A DNA stretch of 24,702 nt from a virus. Lineage: Duplodnaviria > Caudoviricetes. The stretch's first letter is position 1; each line of letters begins with the position of its first letter. The DNA lies in the IMG/VR virus record IMGVR_UViG_3300027744_002036, positions 1 through 24,702 of that record. The stretch is one strand, 5' to 3'. The notes under the pieces were generated by a model. It saw nothing but the letters and a program-made list of their open reading frames with translations. It was not told where the DNA came from and made no database searches. This document shows, one piece after another, positions 1-6,126 of the stretch. Both the position numbers and the translations under genes were made by a program.

Positions 1-2
1 CG

Positions 3-848
3 ATTTTCTTGCCGAACGTTGAGTCATTGGAACAATTTAATGAAATCTCACGCTTGCTATACAAAACTCAAAAGCAAATCACAAGAATGGCTTACCCCTA
101 CGAGAAGACGACGAATATCGTCAGCAAGAACGCTCGGCTTGGTCAATCCGTTACTGGTGTTCTCCAGTGCTCGGAAGAGCAGGTCTCATGGCTATCACCA
201 GCATACGAATACTTGCAGGAATTTGACAAGCAGTACTCTGCCGAACATGGGTGGCCGGAATCGATTCGCTTGACTACGGTTCAGCCTTCGGGAACACTTT
301 CACTCCTTCCTGGAGTGACTCCTGGAATACACCCCGCATTCGCTCCTTTCTATGTCAGACGAGTCCGCTTTGGCTCCTCAGACCCCCTTGTGGACGCCTG
401 TCGCAAGCGTGGATACAAAATTCAGTGGGACATAGGCATTGATGGCAGAGAGGACCACACGCGCTATGTGGTGGACTTCCCGTGCATGTCGCCAGAGGGC
501 TCAATTCTTGCTTCGGCAATGACGGCAGTAGAGCAACTCGAGTGGGTCAAAAAGATGCAGACCGAGTGGGCAGACAATGCTGTCTCCGTGACCGTCTATT
601 ACCGCAAGGAGGAACTTGGAGAAATCCAGGAGTGGCTCTCAAAGAATTACGACAAGAGCGTAAAGTCGGTTTCTTTCCTACTCCACGTAGACCATAACTT
701 CGTGCTTCCGCCGTACGAGGAAATCACCAAGGAGGAGTACGACAAGATGCTCGCCAAGGTTGATTTCTCAACCCCATTGCAGGAAGTTGCTTTCATGGGC
801 GATTTGGACCTTGATAATTGCGCTACAGGAGCATGCCCGATAAAGTAA
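3..848 (+). CDS. nrdJ: Class II (adenosylcobalamin-dependent) ribonucleotide reductase, C-terminal part (5'-truncated by window)
   Basis: Frame open to window edge; motifs RLGQSVTG, TTVQPSGTLSLL-PGIHP, WADNAVSVTVYY, PYEEIT and the C-terminal redox pair CATGACPIK typical of monomeric phage NrdJ. Confidence 0.9.
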   Translation: MFLPNVESLEQFNEISRLLYKTQKQITRMAYPYEKTTNIVSKNARLGQSVTGVLQCSEEQVSWLSPAYEYLQEFDKQYSAEHGWPESIRLTTVQPSGTLSLLPGVTPGIHPAFAPFYVRRVRFGSSDPLVDACRKRGYKIQWDIGIDGREDHTRYVVDFPCMSPEGSILASAMTAVEQLEWVKKMQTEWADNAVSVTVYYRKEELGEIQEWLSKNYDKSVKSVSFLLHVDHNFVLPPYEEITKEEYDKMLAKVDFSTPLQEVAFMGDLDLDNCATGACPIK

Positions 849-855
849 AGGACAT

Positions 856-929
856 GCGTCGGTAGCTCAATCGGATAGAGCAACAGACTTCTAATCTGTA
901 GGTTGTAGGTTCAAGTCCTGCCCGACGCG
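856..929 (+). tRNA. tRNA-Arg (anticodon TCT)
   Basis: Cloverleaf: acceptor GCGTCGG/CCGACGC, D arm GCTC/GAGC, anticodon stem ACAGA/TCTGT with loop CT-TCT-AA (890-892), T arm GTAGG-TTCAAGT-CCTGC; no encoded CCA. Confidence 0.95.
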
Positions 930-934
930 CGCAT

Positions 935-1010
935 TGGCGAGTAGCTCAGTTGGCAGAGCAGCGGACTGTTAATCCGCTTGTCGTAGGTTCGAGCCCTACC
1001 TCGCCAGCCA
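935..1010 (+). tRNA. tRNA-Asn (anticodon GTT)
   Basis: Acceptor TGGCGAG/CTCGCCA, D arm GCTC/GAGC, anticodon stem GCGGA/TCCGC with GTT at 968-970, T arm GTAGG-TTCGAGC-CCTAC, encoded CCA at 1008-1010. Confidence 0.95.
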
Positions 1011-1176
1011 CTTTACGTAATCTAATTGTCTCCGATTGGATACAGATAACATATTATCGTTTATCGCCCTAACCGATACTTTGCTCGCGTTTAGAATTGT
1101 TTACCCCTCGAATCTAGAAACAGCATCTTCTCGTATCGGGAACCTGCTGCTCCGTTTGGAGGCATTTGCAGCGTAG

Positions 1177-1182
1177 TAGTAT
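1177..1182 (+). promoter_or_regulatory. Putative -10 element (TAGTAT) for a leaderless transcript
   Basis: TANNNT hexamer 6 nt before the ATG at 1189, with no Shine-Dalgarno in between. Confidence 0.45.
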
Positions 1183-1188
1183 CTCCGC

Positions 1189-1977
1189 ATGGGTGTAAAG
1201 CTGTACAAAAACATAGGGATAGGCGAGATTGGGCCGACCCCCTCGATTCCCTTTGTCAGCGATGATAGTCTGTCGACAGCAAAACAATCACTAATAGCAT
1301 TCGGTTCCTTACTCGGTAGGCCAGTTTCATACAAGCAGGAACAGGCCGGACAGTTAATACAACATGTTCTCCCGGTGTTCAAGACTGAGCATGGGCAAAT
1401 TTCCACATCATCAAAGTCCAACTTGGAACTTCACACCGAGACGGCATTCCATCCCTACAAGCCATCATATGTCCTACTTCTCTGCCTACGGGGAGATAGT
1501 GATGCAATTACCACGTATGCAAACAGCGAAGATATTGTGGCAAAGATAAGCAAAGAATCGCTTGAATTACTTCAACAGCCGATTTACCTGACCAGAATAG
1601 ACGAGAGCTTTCGCTCAAATGGTGAGCAAGATTTTGAGATGAATGTATCAATACTCAGGAAGAGTTTGGATAACGGATTCGACATAACGTATGATAAGTA
1701 TTTCATGCGAGGAACAACCGACGAAGCGCAGGAAGCTTTGGATGAATTTAATCGCGCCATAAACGAAAGCGTTCAAGAGATTGTCTTAGAACAGGGAGAC
1801 CTGCTGGTTATAGACAACAATAGAACCGTTCATGGAAGAAAGCCATTTCAGGCACGATACGATGGGACCGATAGATGGGTAATGAGGTTGTTGGTCGTTA
1901 ATTACTCAATACCCAGACAGCATCTAAGCGGAAGCACTATCACTACAAATTTTGGAAAGGGAAAACCAAATGAATGA
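1189..1977 (+). CDS. Fe(II)/2-oxoglutarate dioxygenase, TauD/clavaminate synthase (AsnO/VioC-like) family
   Basis: ELHTETAFHP (HxE iron ligands), YVLLLCLR, LEQGDLLVIDNNRTVHGR (distal His) and RYDGTDRW. Confidence 0.85.
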   Translation: MGVKLYKNIGIGEIGPTPSIPFVSDDSLSTAKQSLIAFGSLLGRPVSYKQEQAGQLIQHVLPVFKTEHGQISTSSKSNLELHTETAFHPYKPSYVLLLCLRGDSDAITTYANSEDIVAKISKESLELLQQPIYLTRIDESFRSNGEQDFEMNVSILRKSLDNGFDITYDKYFMRGTTDEAQEALDEFNRAINESVQEIVLEQGDLLVIDNNRTVHGRKPFQARYDGTDRWVMRLLVVNYSIPRQHLSGSTITTNFGKGKPNE

Positions 1978-2233
1978 AAATCGGACATACCCTGTTGCTA
2001 TTGTTGAATCAAGATATTCCGGTGTGTACGAGGGTGGCAAATGGCATGCAATACCGGAATTCGACGATGTCATAAATTCCGAGCAGTACCAGGATTACAT
2101 GTATGGCGACGACGGGTCTGCATTGGACTTCTTTGATTCAAGCATTGCTTCCACTATTGGTGTCGGTGATACTCCAGAATTAGCCTTAGCCGACATGCGA
2201 TTAAAAACAAATAGCATCACAGCAGAAGATTAG
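1970..2233 (+). CDS. Hypothetical protein (87 aa)
   Basis: ATG at 1970 overlaps the upstream stop (ATGAATGA) with purine-rich GGAAAGGGA upstream; motifs RYSGVYEGGKW and GVGDTPELA look protein-like. Confidence 0.7.
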   Translation: MNENRTYPVAIVESRYSGVYEGGKWHAIPEFDDVINSEQYQDYMYGDDGSALDFFDSSIASTIGVGDTPELALADMRLKTNSITAED

Positions 2234-2235
2234 GC

Positions 2236-2266
2236 CTATCTATTTCGCAGATAGTTATGTTTATTT
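2236..2266 (+). terminator. Possible weak intrinsic terminator
   Basis: CTATCT-7 nt loop-AGATAG followed by TTATGTTTATTT just after the stop at 2233; short AT-rich stem. Confidence 0.3.
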
Positions 2267-2301
2267 AATCTTCAAAAGAGATTAGATGACATAATATACA
2301 A

Positions 2302-2448
2302 ATGTTCATCTTCCTAATTGTTCTAACAGCCCTAATCATTTCATTACATAAATACGTTATGAATTCGGTAAATAAATACGATTCATACGGTACCTATATG
2401 GCCAGACAAGAATGGATTAATTTTGAGAGGGAACGACTCAGCCGCTAA
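2302..2448 (+). CDS. Small single-pass membrane protein (48 aa, not in ORF track)
   Basis: MFIFLIVLTALIISLHKYVMNSVNKYDSYGTYMARQEWINFERERLSR*; hydrophobic N-terminus; TG-A-CATAAT ends 6 nt before the ATG; fills the gap exactly to the ferredoxin stop. Confidence 0.6.
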   Translation: MFIFLIVLTALIISLHKYVMNSVNKYDSYGTYMARQEWINFERERLSR

Positions 2449-2690
2449 GGCTCGATAAAGATACATTCGCCAGGGCATTCTTCTGCTGACTCAATAACGT
2501 CATCAAGCCTGTCGTCCGAAAAGGATGCTAAACCGGCTGCGCCTTCTGGGTTCCCCACAGCGGCCGCATAAATCTTGTCCCCTTCTCTTACATATGCAAG
2601 ACCGTCCGGCATCATGTGAAAAACATCTGGGGCTATCTCTGCGCAAAGTCCATCTCCAGTGCATAGGTCTTGGTCAATCCAGACTCTCAT
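2445..2690 (-). CDS. Single-cluster ferredoxin (CxxDxxC...CP type), 81 aa
   Basis: MRVWIDQDLCTGDGLCAEIAPDVF...AEECPGECIFIE; start corrected to the ATG at 2690, which overlaps the upstream TAA (TAATG). Confidence 0.92.
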   Translation of the reverse strand: MRVWIDQDLCTGDGLCAEIAPDVFHMMPDGLAYVREGDKIYAAAVGNPEGAAGLASFSDDRLDDVIESAEECPGECIFIEP

Positions 2691-3136
2691 TATTTTTCCT
2701 TTGTAATTGGTCCACCGGTCACCCATGCACGACAAGTTCTTTTTGATGCACATTTAAAATCAAACGCTTCGCAGTAACCGAGTTGTCCGGCACCGTCAAT
2801 TGCTTCCCACTCGTCTTTTCTGTCACCGCCAGTTATGCCACTCTCAATACATGCCATCATGGATGGGGTTTTGATAAAAAGCGAACAGTTTCCGCATAGT
2901 TGTTTCTTTGCTGAAGCGGAATCAACATCCCATTCTTTGCCGAGTTTCTTCCAATAATCCTCGTTTGGTTCTGATGGATTTAGTGGACCGTACATGGCGG
3001 ACTTGATTGCCTTGCCACGATTTCGGAGATTGACAGCTATGTCCTGTGTTGCGGGTGGACATTTCTTGTCTGCCTTTGTTTCGAATCTAAATCCAGTTAT
3101 CGGACCTTGATATGTGCCCCACGTGCTAGAGCTCAT
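2690..3136 (-). CDS. Cys-rich phage protein with HiPIP-like motif (148 aa)
   Basis: GAGGAG RBS before the ATG at 3136; CPPATQD, YGPLNP, CGNCSLF...GYCEAFDFKCASKRTCRAW. Confidence 0.7.
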   Translation of the reverse strand: MSSSTWGTYQGPITGFRFETKADKKCPPATQDIAVNLRNRGKAIKSAMYGPLNPSEPNEDYWKKLGKEWDVDSASAKKQLCGNCSLFIKTPSMMACIESGITGGDRKDEWEAIDGAGQLGYCEAFDFKCASKRTCRAWVTGGPITKEK

Positions 3137-3137
3137 A

Positions 3138-3419
3138 TTACTCCTCGTTATCTGGGATTCCATTTCCGTTGTCATCGTTTCCACCTTTGCTATTGGCAAT
3201 CATCAATCCGGCGAGTGTACCAGTAATGAAGGTTGCAACGCTTGAGAGAACACCAAAGAACATCTTGTCGTTCTCGGCTTGTGCCCCAATTGGTTGTGCA
3301 ACAAATACGAGAGCGTAGAGTATCGCTCCGACTGTCATTACAAGAACTATTCCCAGTAGGCATCCGATAACAAACTTCAGACGAGCATCAAGTTCTGCTG
3401 ATGTAAGACGTTTACTCAT
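3138..3419 (-). CDS. Two-TM membrane protein (93 aa), possibly holin-like
   Basis: Hydrophobic segments FVIGCLLGIVLVMTVGAILYALVFV and MFFGVLSSVATFITGTLAGLMIA; acidic tail DDNGNGIPD; ATG overlaps the upstream TGA (ATGA). Confidence 0.7.
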   Translation of the reverse strand: MSKRLTSAELDARLKFVIGCLLGIVLVMTVGAILYALVFVAQPIGAQAENDKMFFGVLSSVATFITGTLAGLMIANSKGGNDDNGNGIPDNEE

Positions 3420-3682
3420 GGCGCTGTGGTCTCCTGTGTTGGGCAGGGGCACGGAAGAGTGTCCTGCGTTTGGTCTGGAACTAATTCTGTTTCGGTTGTT
3501 TGCCCTGGAAGTAGTGGGTCAAAACCGAGAACGGTTGATGTGCACGAGTTGTCAGATAAACATGCTGGTGGAACGCATTCTGGCTTGCCAAAATTGTCTG
3601 GGTTTTGGCATTTATACCGATAGGAGTCGCCACAAGACGTCATACCTAAAATCAAAAAGGTGACAAATAGCAGTCTTTTCAT
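3416..3682 (-). CDS. Cys-rich lipoprotein (88 aa)
   Basis: Signal peptide MKRLLFVTFLILGMTS-C with lipobox-like Cys; YRYKCQNPDN...ECVPPAC...C. Confidence 0.72.
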   Translation of the reverse strand: MKRLLFVTFLILGMTSCGDSYRYKCQNPDNFGKPECVPPACLSDNSCTSTVLGFDPLLPGQTTETELVPDQTQDTLPCPCPTQETTAP

Positions 3683-3688
3683 ATAACC

Positions 3689-3699
3689 ATTATCCCATA
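3689..3699 (-). promoter_or_regulatory. Repeated phage promoter motif TATGGGATAAT (extended -10, leaderless)
   Basis: 6 nt upstream of the ATG at 3682; the same motif occurs at 5473-5483 and 6058-6068. Confidence 0.65.
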
Positions 3700-3706
3700 C
3701 CTACGG

Positions 3707-4108
3707 TTATTTGATTTTGAACTCAGCCCACGTTTTGTCGCCAATACCGAAATATTCCCTTGCAAGGCCGGACTGGATGATGTCGATATTCAGACATGCA
3801 GTTGTTGGGTCGTCGATTTTGTCTGATGAGAAAATCCGAGCAAGCACACGACCATATTTGTCATTTTTGTCTGGAATAGTGTTGACAAATACCCACTTGT
3901 GATTAGTTAACCAGTCCTCAGTGAATTTCTTGGCTTTTAGGCCAAGTTCTTTTTCTGCAAGGTCTTTGGTACGTGATTCTGGCGTGTTTACTCCGTACAG
4001 ACGAACCCTTATCTTATGGTGAACACTAAACCCAAGGTCAACCATGAGTTCGACCGTGTCTCCATCAATCACCTTGAGAAGCGTTGCTCCGTACCAAAAA
4101 CGCTCCAT
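3707..4108 (-). CDS. Thermonuclease (staphylococcal nuclease-like) family protein
   Basis: KVIDGDT, RVRLYGVNTPE, DKYGRVLA and GLA motifs; no signal peptide. Confidence 0.9.
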   Translation of the reverse strand: MERFWYGATLLKVIDGDTVELMVDLGFSVHHKIRVRLYGVNTPESRTKDLAEKELGLKAKKFTEDWLTNHKWVFVNTIPDKNDKYGRVLARIFSSDKIDDPTTACLNIDIIQSGLAREYFGIGDKTWAEFKIK

Positions 4109-5466
4109 TAGTACTTGCGTAGTCCGTTATTGCCTGGTGTTCTCTTTGGTGAAGATGGCTTTGGTCTATTGTTCACGCCGTCTTCCGGGCGTATTGGGCG
4201 TGCTGGTTCTGGGTATCTGTCCGCTGGCTTTTGGTCGCGCGGCTTCGATGGAGAAGGCTTCTGACCTGGTGGGTATTTCTTTTCTGGGTCTGGGTACCTG
4301 TCGGCAGGCTTTCTGTCGGATGGCTTTGGAGCCGAAGGCTTCTGACCTGGTGGATACTTCTTCTCAGGGTCTGGGTATCTGTCCGCTGGCTTTTGGTCGC
4401 GCGGCTTTTCTGGTTTCTTGTATGGAGGCTTTTGACCGGGTGGATAATTCTTCGGAACAGACTGGCCTGGTGGATACTTTGGTCCCTTCGGCAATCCATC
4501 AGCAACGCGATTCCCTTGTTCGTTCCTTAGCCACTTGTCGTATTCTGCTCGTGCTCTAGCGCGTGCGTCTCTCTCTTCTTTGCTTCTATCTTCAACTCTT
4601 CTATTCGCTTTTATTCCTTGTCTTTTGAGTTGCTCTTTTACAAATTTTCTTCTCTGCTTTTCGTAACCTGAATCGCTTGAGCGTTCGTACGGTTTTCTTG
4701 TCTCCTGTGGAGTTCCATCAAAAATCATTCCATCGTTGTCGTGGTCTATTGTTTCATCAGGTCCTGTGGTTACTCCAGCGGCTTGACCTATTGATTGACC
4801 GAGTGCTTTTTCTTCCGCATCAAAGGCATCTTCTTTTTTCTTTATTCCGTCGTACTGCTTAAGTAACTTTCTTCCTTTTTCTGCAAGTTCTGCTGCGTCC
4901 GAAGCGTTCTTTGGAACTCTTTCACCCCATGCAGAAGCAGACAATGCAAGTCTCGTTGCTCTTCCCTTATCATCGACCATTGGACCTGATGGGTTACTGA
5001 AGAATCGAGTTAGAAACGAACCCTTCCTTCTCATTTTTTCTGGTGTGTCGGCAGGACCTTTTACTCCAGGCTTTAGATTCGAACCCTCGGTACGGTTGAA
5101 GAATTTTCTTCCTTCTGCGGTTAGTCCACCATCTGGGTCTTTGGTTGGCTTGGCTGATTTTTTTTCAATAGGCACACAGTTCGGAACCATCTTTCCGCCT
5201 TTGCCCTTTTTCATTCCAATTTGCTCGTATCCATCCCAGCATGGACCCGCGCCCTTTGTTTCATCTTCGAAAGATTCCTCGAATTTGCTCTCTATCGAAG
5301 TGAACAGTGCTCCGGAAAAGTATTCATCGAACACTGGCATGAAGTCTTCTGATTCGAGCTCGTCCATCGTCGAATCAACAAGGTTTTTAATTCGAATTTC
5401 CTCCTCAATGAAAAGCTGGGTTTTGAGTAGTTCTTCAATTATCTGTTCGTCATTGAGTTCGTTCAT
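4108..5466 (-). CDS. Multi-motif phage protein (452 aa): acidic N-terminus, CWDGY..VPNCVP motif, DUF6321-like domain, DxDxDG motif, Pro/Lys-rich repeats
   Basis: GPCWDGYEQIGMKKGKGGKMVPNCVP; KDPDGGLTAEGRKFFNRTEGSNLKPGV...RRKGSFLTRF...LSASAW; DHDNDGMIFDGTPQE; YPPGQ repeats. Confidence 0.8.
   Translation of the reverse strand: MNELNDEQIIEELLKTQLFIEEEIRIKNLVDSTMDELESEDFMPVFDEYFSGALFTSIESKFEESFEDETKGAGPCWDGYEQIGMKKGKGGKMVPNCVPIEKKSAKPTKDPDGGLTAEGRKFFNRTEGSNLKPGVKGPADTPEKMRRKGSFLTRFFSNPSGPMVDDKGRATRLALSASAWGERVPKNASDAAELAEKGRKLLKQYDGIKKKEDAFDAEEKALGQSIGQAAGVTTGPDETIDHDNDGMIFDGTPQETRKPYERSSDSGYEKQRRKFVKEQLKRQGIKANRRVEDRSKEERDARARARAEYDKWLRNEQGNRVADGLPKGPKYPPGQSVPKNYPPGQKPPYKKPEKPRDQKPADRYPDPEKKYPPGQKPSAPKPSDRKPADRYPDPEKKYPPGQKPSPSKPRDQKPADRYPEPARPIRPEDGVNNRPKPSSPKRTPGNNGLRKY
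4200..4485 (-). repeat. Intragenic tandem repeat, 81-nt (27-aa) unit x ~2.5 plus shorter YPPGQ units
   Basis: Unit KP(R/S)D(Q/R)KPADRYPDPEKKYPPGQKPS; an exact 38-nt repeat at 4208-4245 and 4370-4407 (162 nt apart). Confidence 0.9.
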
Positions 5467-5472
5467 GACACA

Positions 5473-5483
5473 ATTCTCCCATA
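5473..5483 (-). promoter_or_regulatory. Repeated phage promoter motif TATGGGAGAAT
   Basis: 6 nt upstream of the ATG at 5466; followed by TGTGT as in the 6058-6068 copy. Confidence 0.65.
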
Positions 5484-5518
5484 TTTTTCATTGATTTAGA
5501 GGACAACAAATAATAACA

Positions 5519-6052
5519 CTACCTAACGTCAACAATCATATGAATCCTGTGGGCAGGGCCGTCGTTCCTTAAGCTGTGAAGTCTTCCAACGTTGTCTATA
5601 TTCCACATCTGACCAGGCTTTAGGTTCATGGACTCGCTCCCAATGGTAAATATGCATTCCGGATTGGTTATGACCGCTACGTGCATTCTGTGAGTCACTT
5701 TAGTTACTCGACCCGCGTCCCTATGTTCGGGAATCACCACTCCGGCTCTGAGCCGAGTCAGCATCGCTTGTTGAATTTTCACTTCACCAAAGTGCTCCCT
5801 CGCGGCCAAAACGACTTCATCTATGTGGGCACTGAATCTTTCATGGTTTTTGTGCAGTATCGCTGAATCAATCCTCTGTCTTACGTCGTAAAATAAGGGG
5901 ATAGTGTCAGTTACTGCTGAGGCTGCACCGCGCCTTTTCTTTCTGCCTTCATATTCTGTCCAGTCTTCATCCGTTAACGACAGTACTTCGTCGAGAAGAT
6001 TGTTAAATAGCGACATTTCCCCCAAAAATAGAAATGGTTCATTTTCTCTCAT
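5519..6052 (-). CDS. Aspartyl/asparaginyl beta-hydroxylase-like Fe(II)/2OG oxygenase
   Basis: MLTRLRAGVVIPEHRD (HxD), HRMHVAVITNP, GQMWNIDNVGRLHSLRNDG..RIHMIVD; start placed at ATG 6052 because the promoter motif overlaps the ATG at 6067. Confidence 0.85.
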   Translation of the reverse strand: MRENEPFLFLGEMSLFNNLLDEVLSLTDEDWTEYEGRKKRRGAASAVTDTIPLFYDVRQRIDSAILHKNHERFSAHIDEVVLAAREHFGEVKIQQAMLTRLRAGVVIPEHRDAGRVTKVTHRMHVAVITNPECIFTIGSESMNLKPGQMWNIDNVGRLHSLRNDGPAHRIHMIVDVR

Positions 6053-6057
6053 ACACA

Positions 6058-6068
6058 ATTTTCCCATA
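6058..6068 (-). promoter_or_regulatory. Repeated phage promoter motif TATGGGAAAAT
   Basis: 5 nt upstream of the ATG at 6052, immediately after the capsid terminator. Confidence 0.6.
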
Positions 6069-6070
6069 TA

Positions 6071-6120
6071 TAAGCAAAAACCCCGCTCACCCCCGAAGGA
6101 ATGAGCGGGGTTTTGCTTAA
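6071..6120 (-). terminator. Strong intrinsic terminator after the major capsid gene (potentially bidirectional)
   Basis: AAAACCCCGCTCA...TGAGCGGGGTTTT inverted repeat with A/T tracts on both sides, right after the TAATAA double stop. Confidence 0.9.
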
Positions 6121-6126
6121 CGCTTA

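Noticed and set aside
1011-1188. Short hairpins after the tRNAs (TCTAATTG/CGATTGGA, GATAA/TTATC, CTCC/GGAG) as an ncRNA or third tRNA
   Set aside because: Stems are short or GU-rich, there is no T-loop or cloverleaf, and no family is recognised.
2691-2753. N-terminal extension of the ferredoxin in the ORF track (likewise the extended starts at 3199, 3452, 6067, 10826 and 23182)
   Set aside because: These overlap upstream genes or promoter motifs; downstream ATGs have an RBS, stop-start coupling or a promoter at the right spacing.
3138-3682. Spanin pair or complete lysis cassette
   Set aside because: No endolysin nearby, the membrane protein has two TMs and no periplasmic coiled-coil, and the gene order is not Rz/Rz1-like.
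4044-4559. + strand ORFs (171 aa, 99 aa) and a CRISPR-like look of the repeats
   Set aside because: Antisense shadows of the Pro/Lys repeat; the repeats are in-frame coding units with similar intervening sequence rather than unique spacers, and no cas genes are present.
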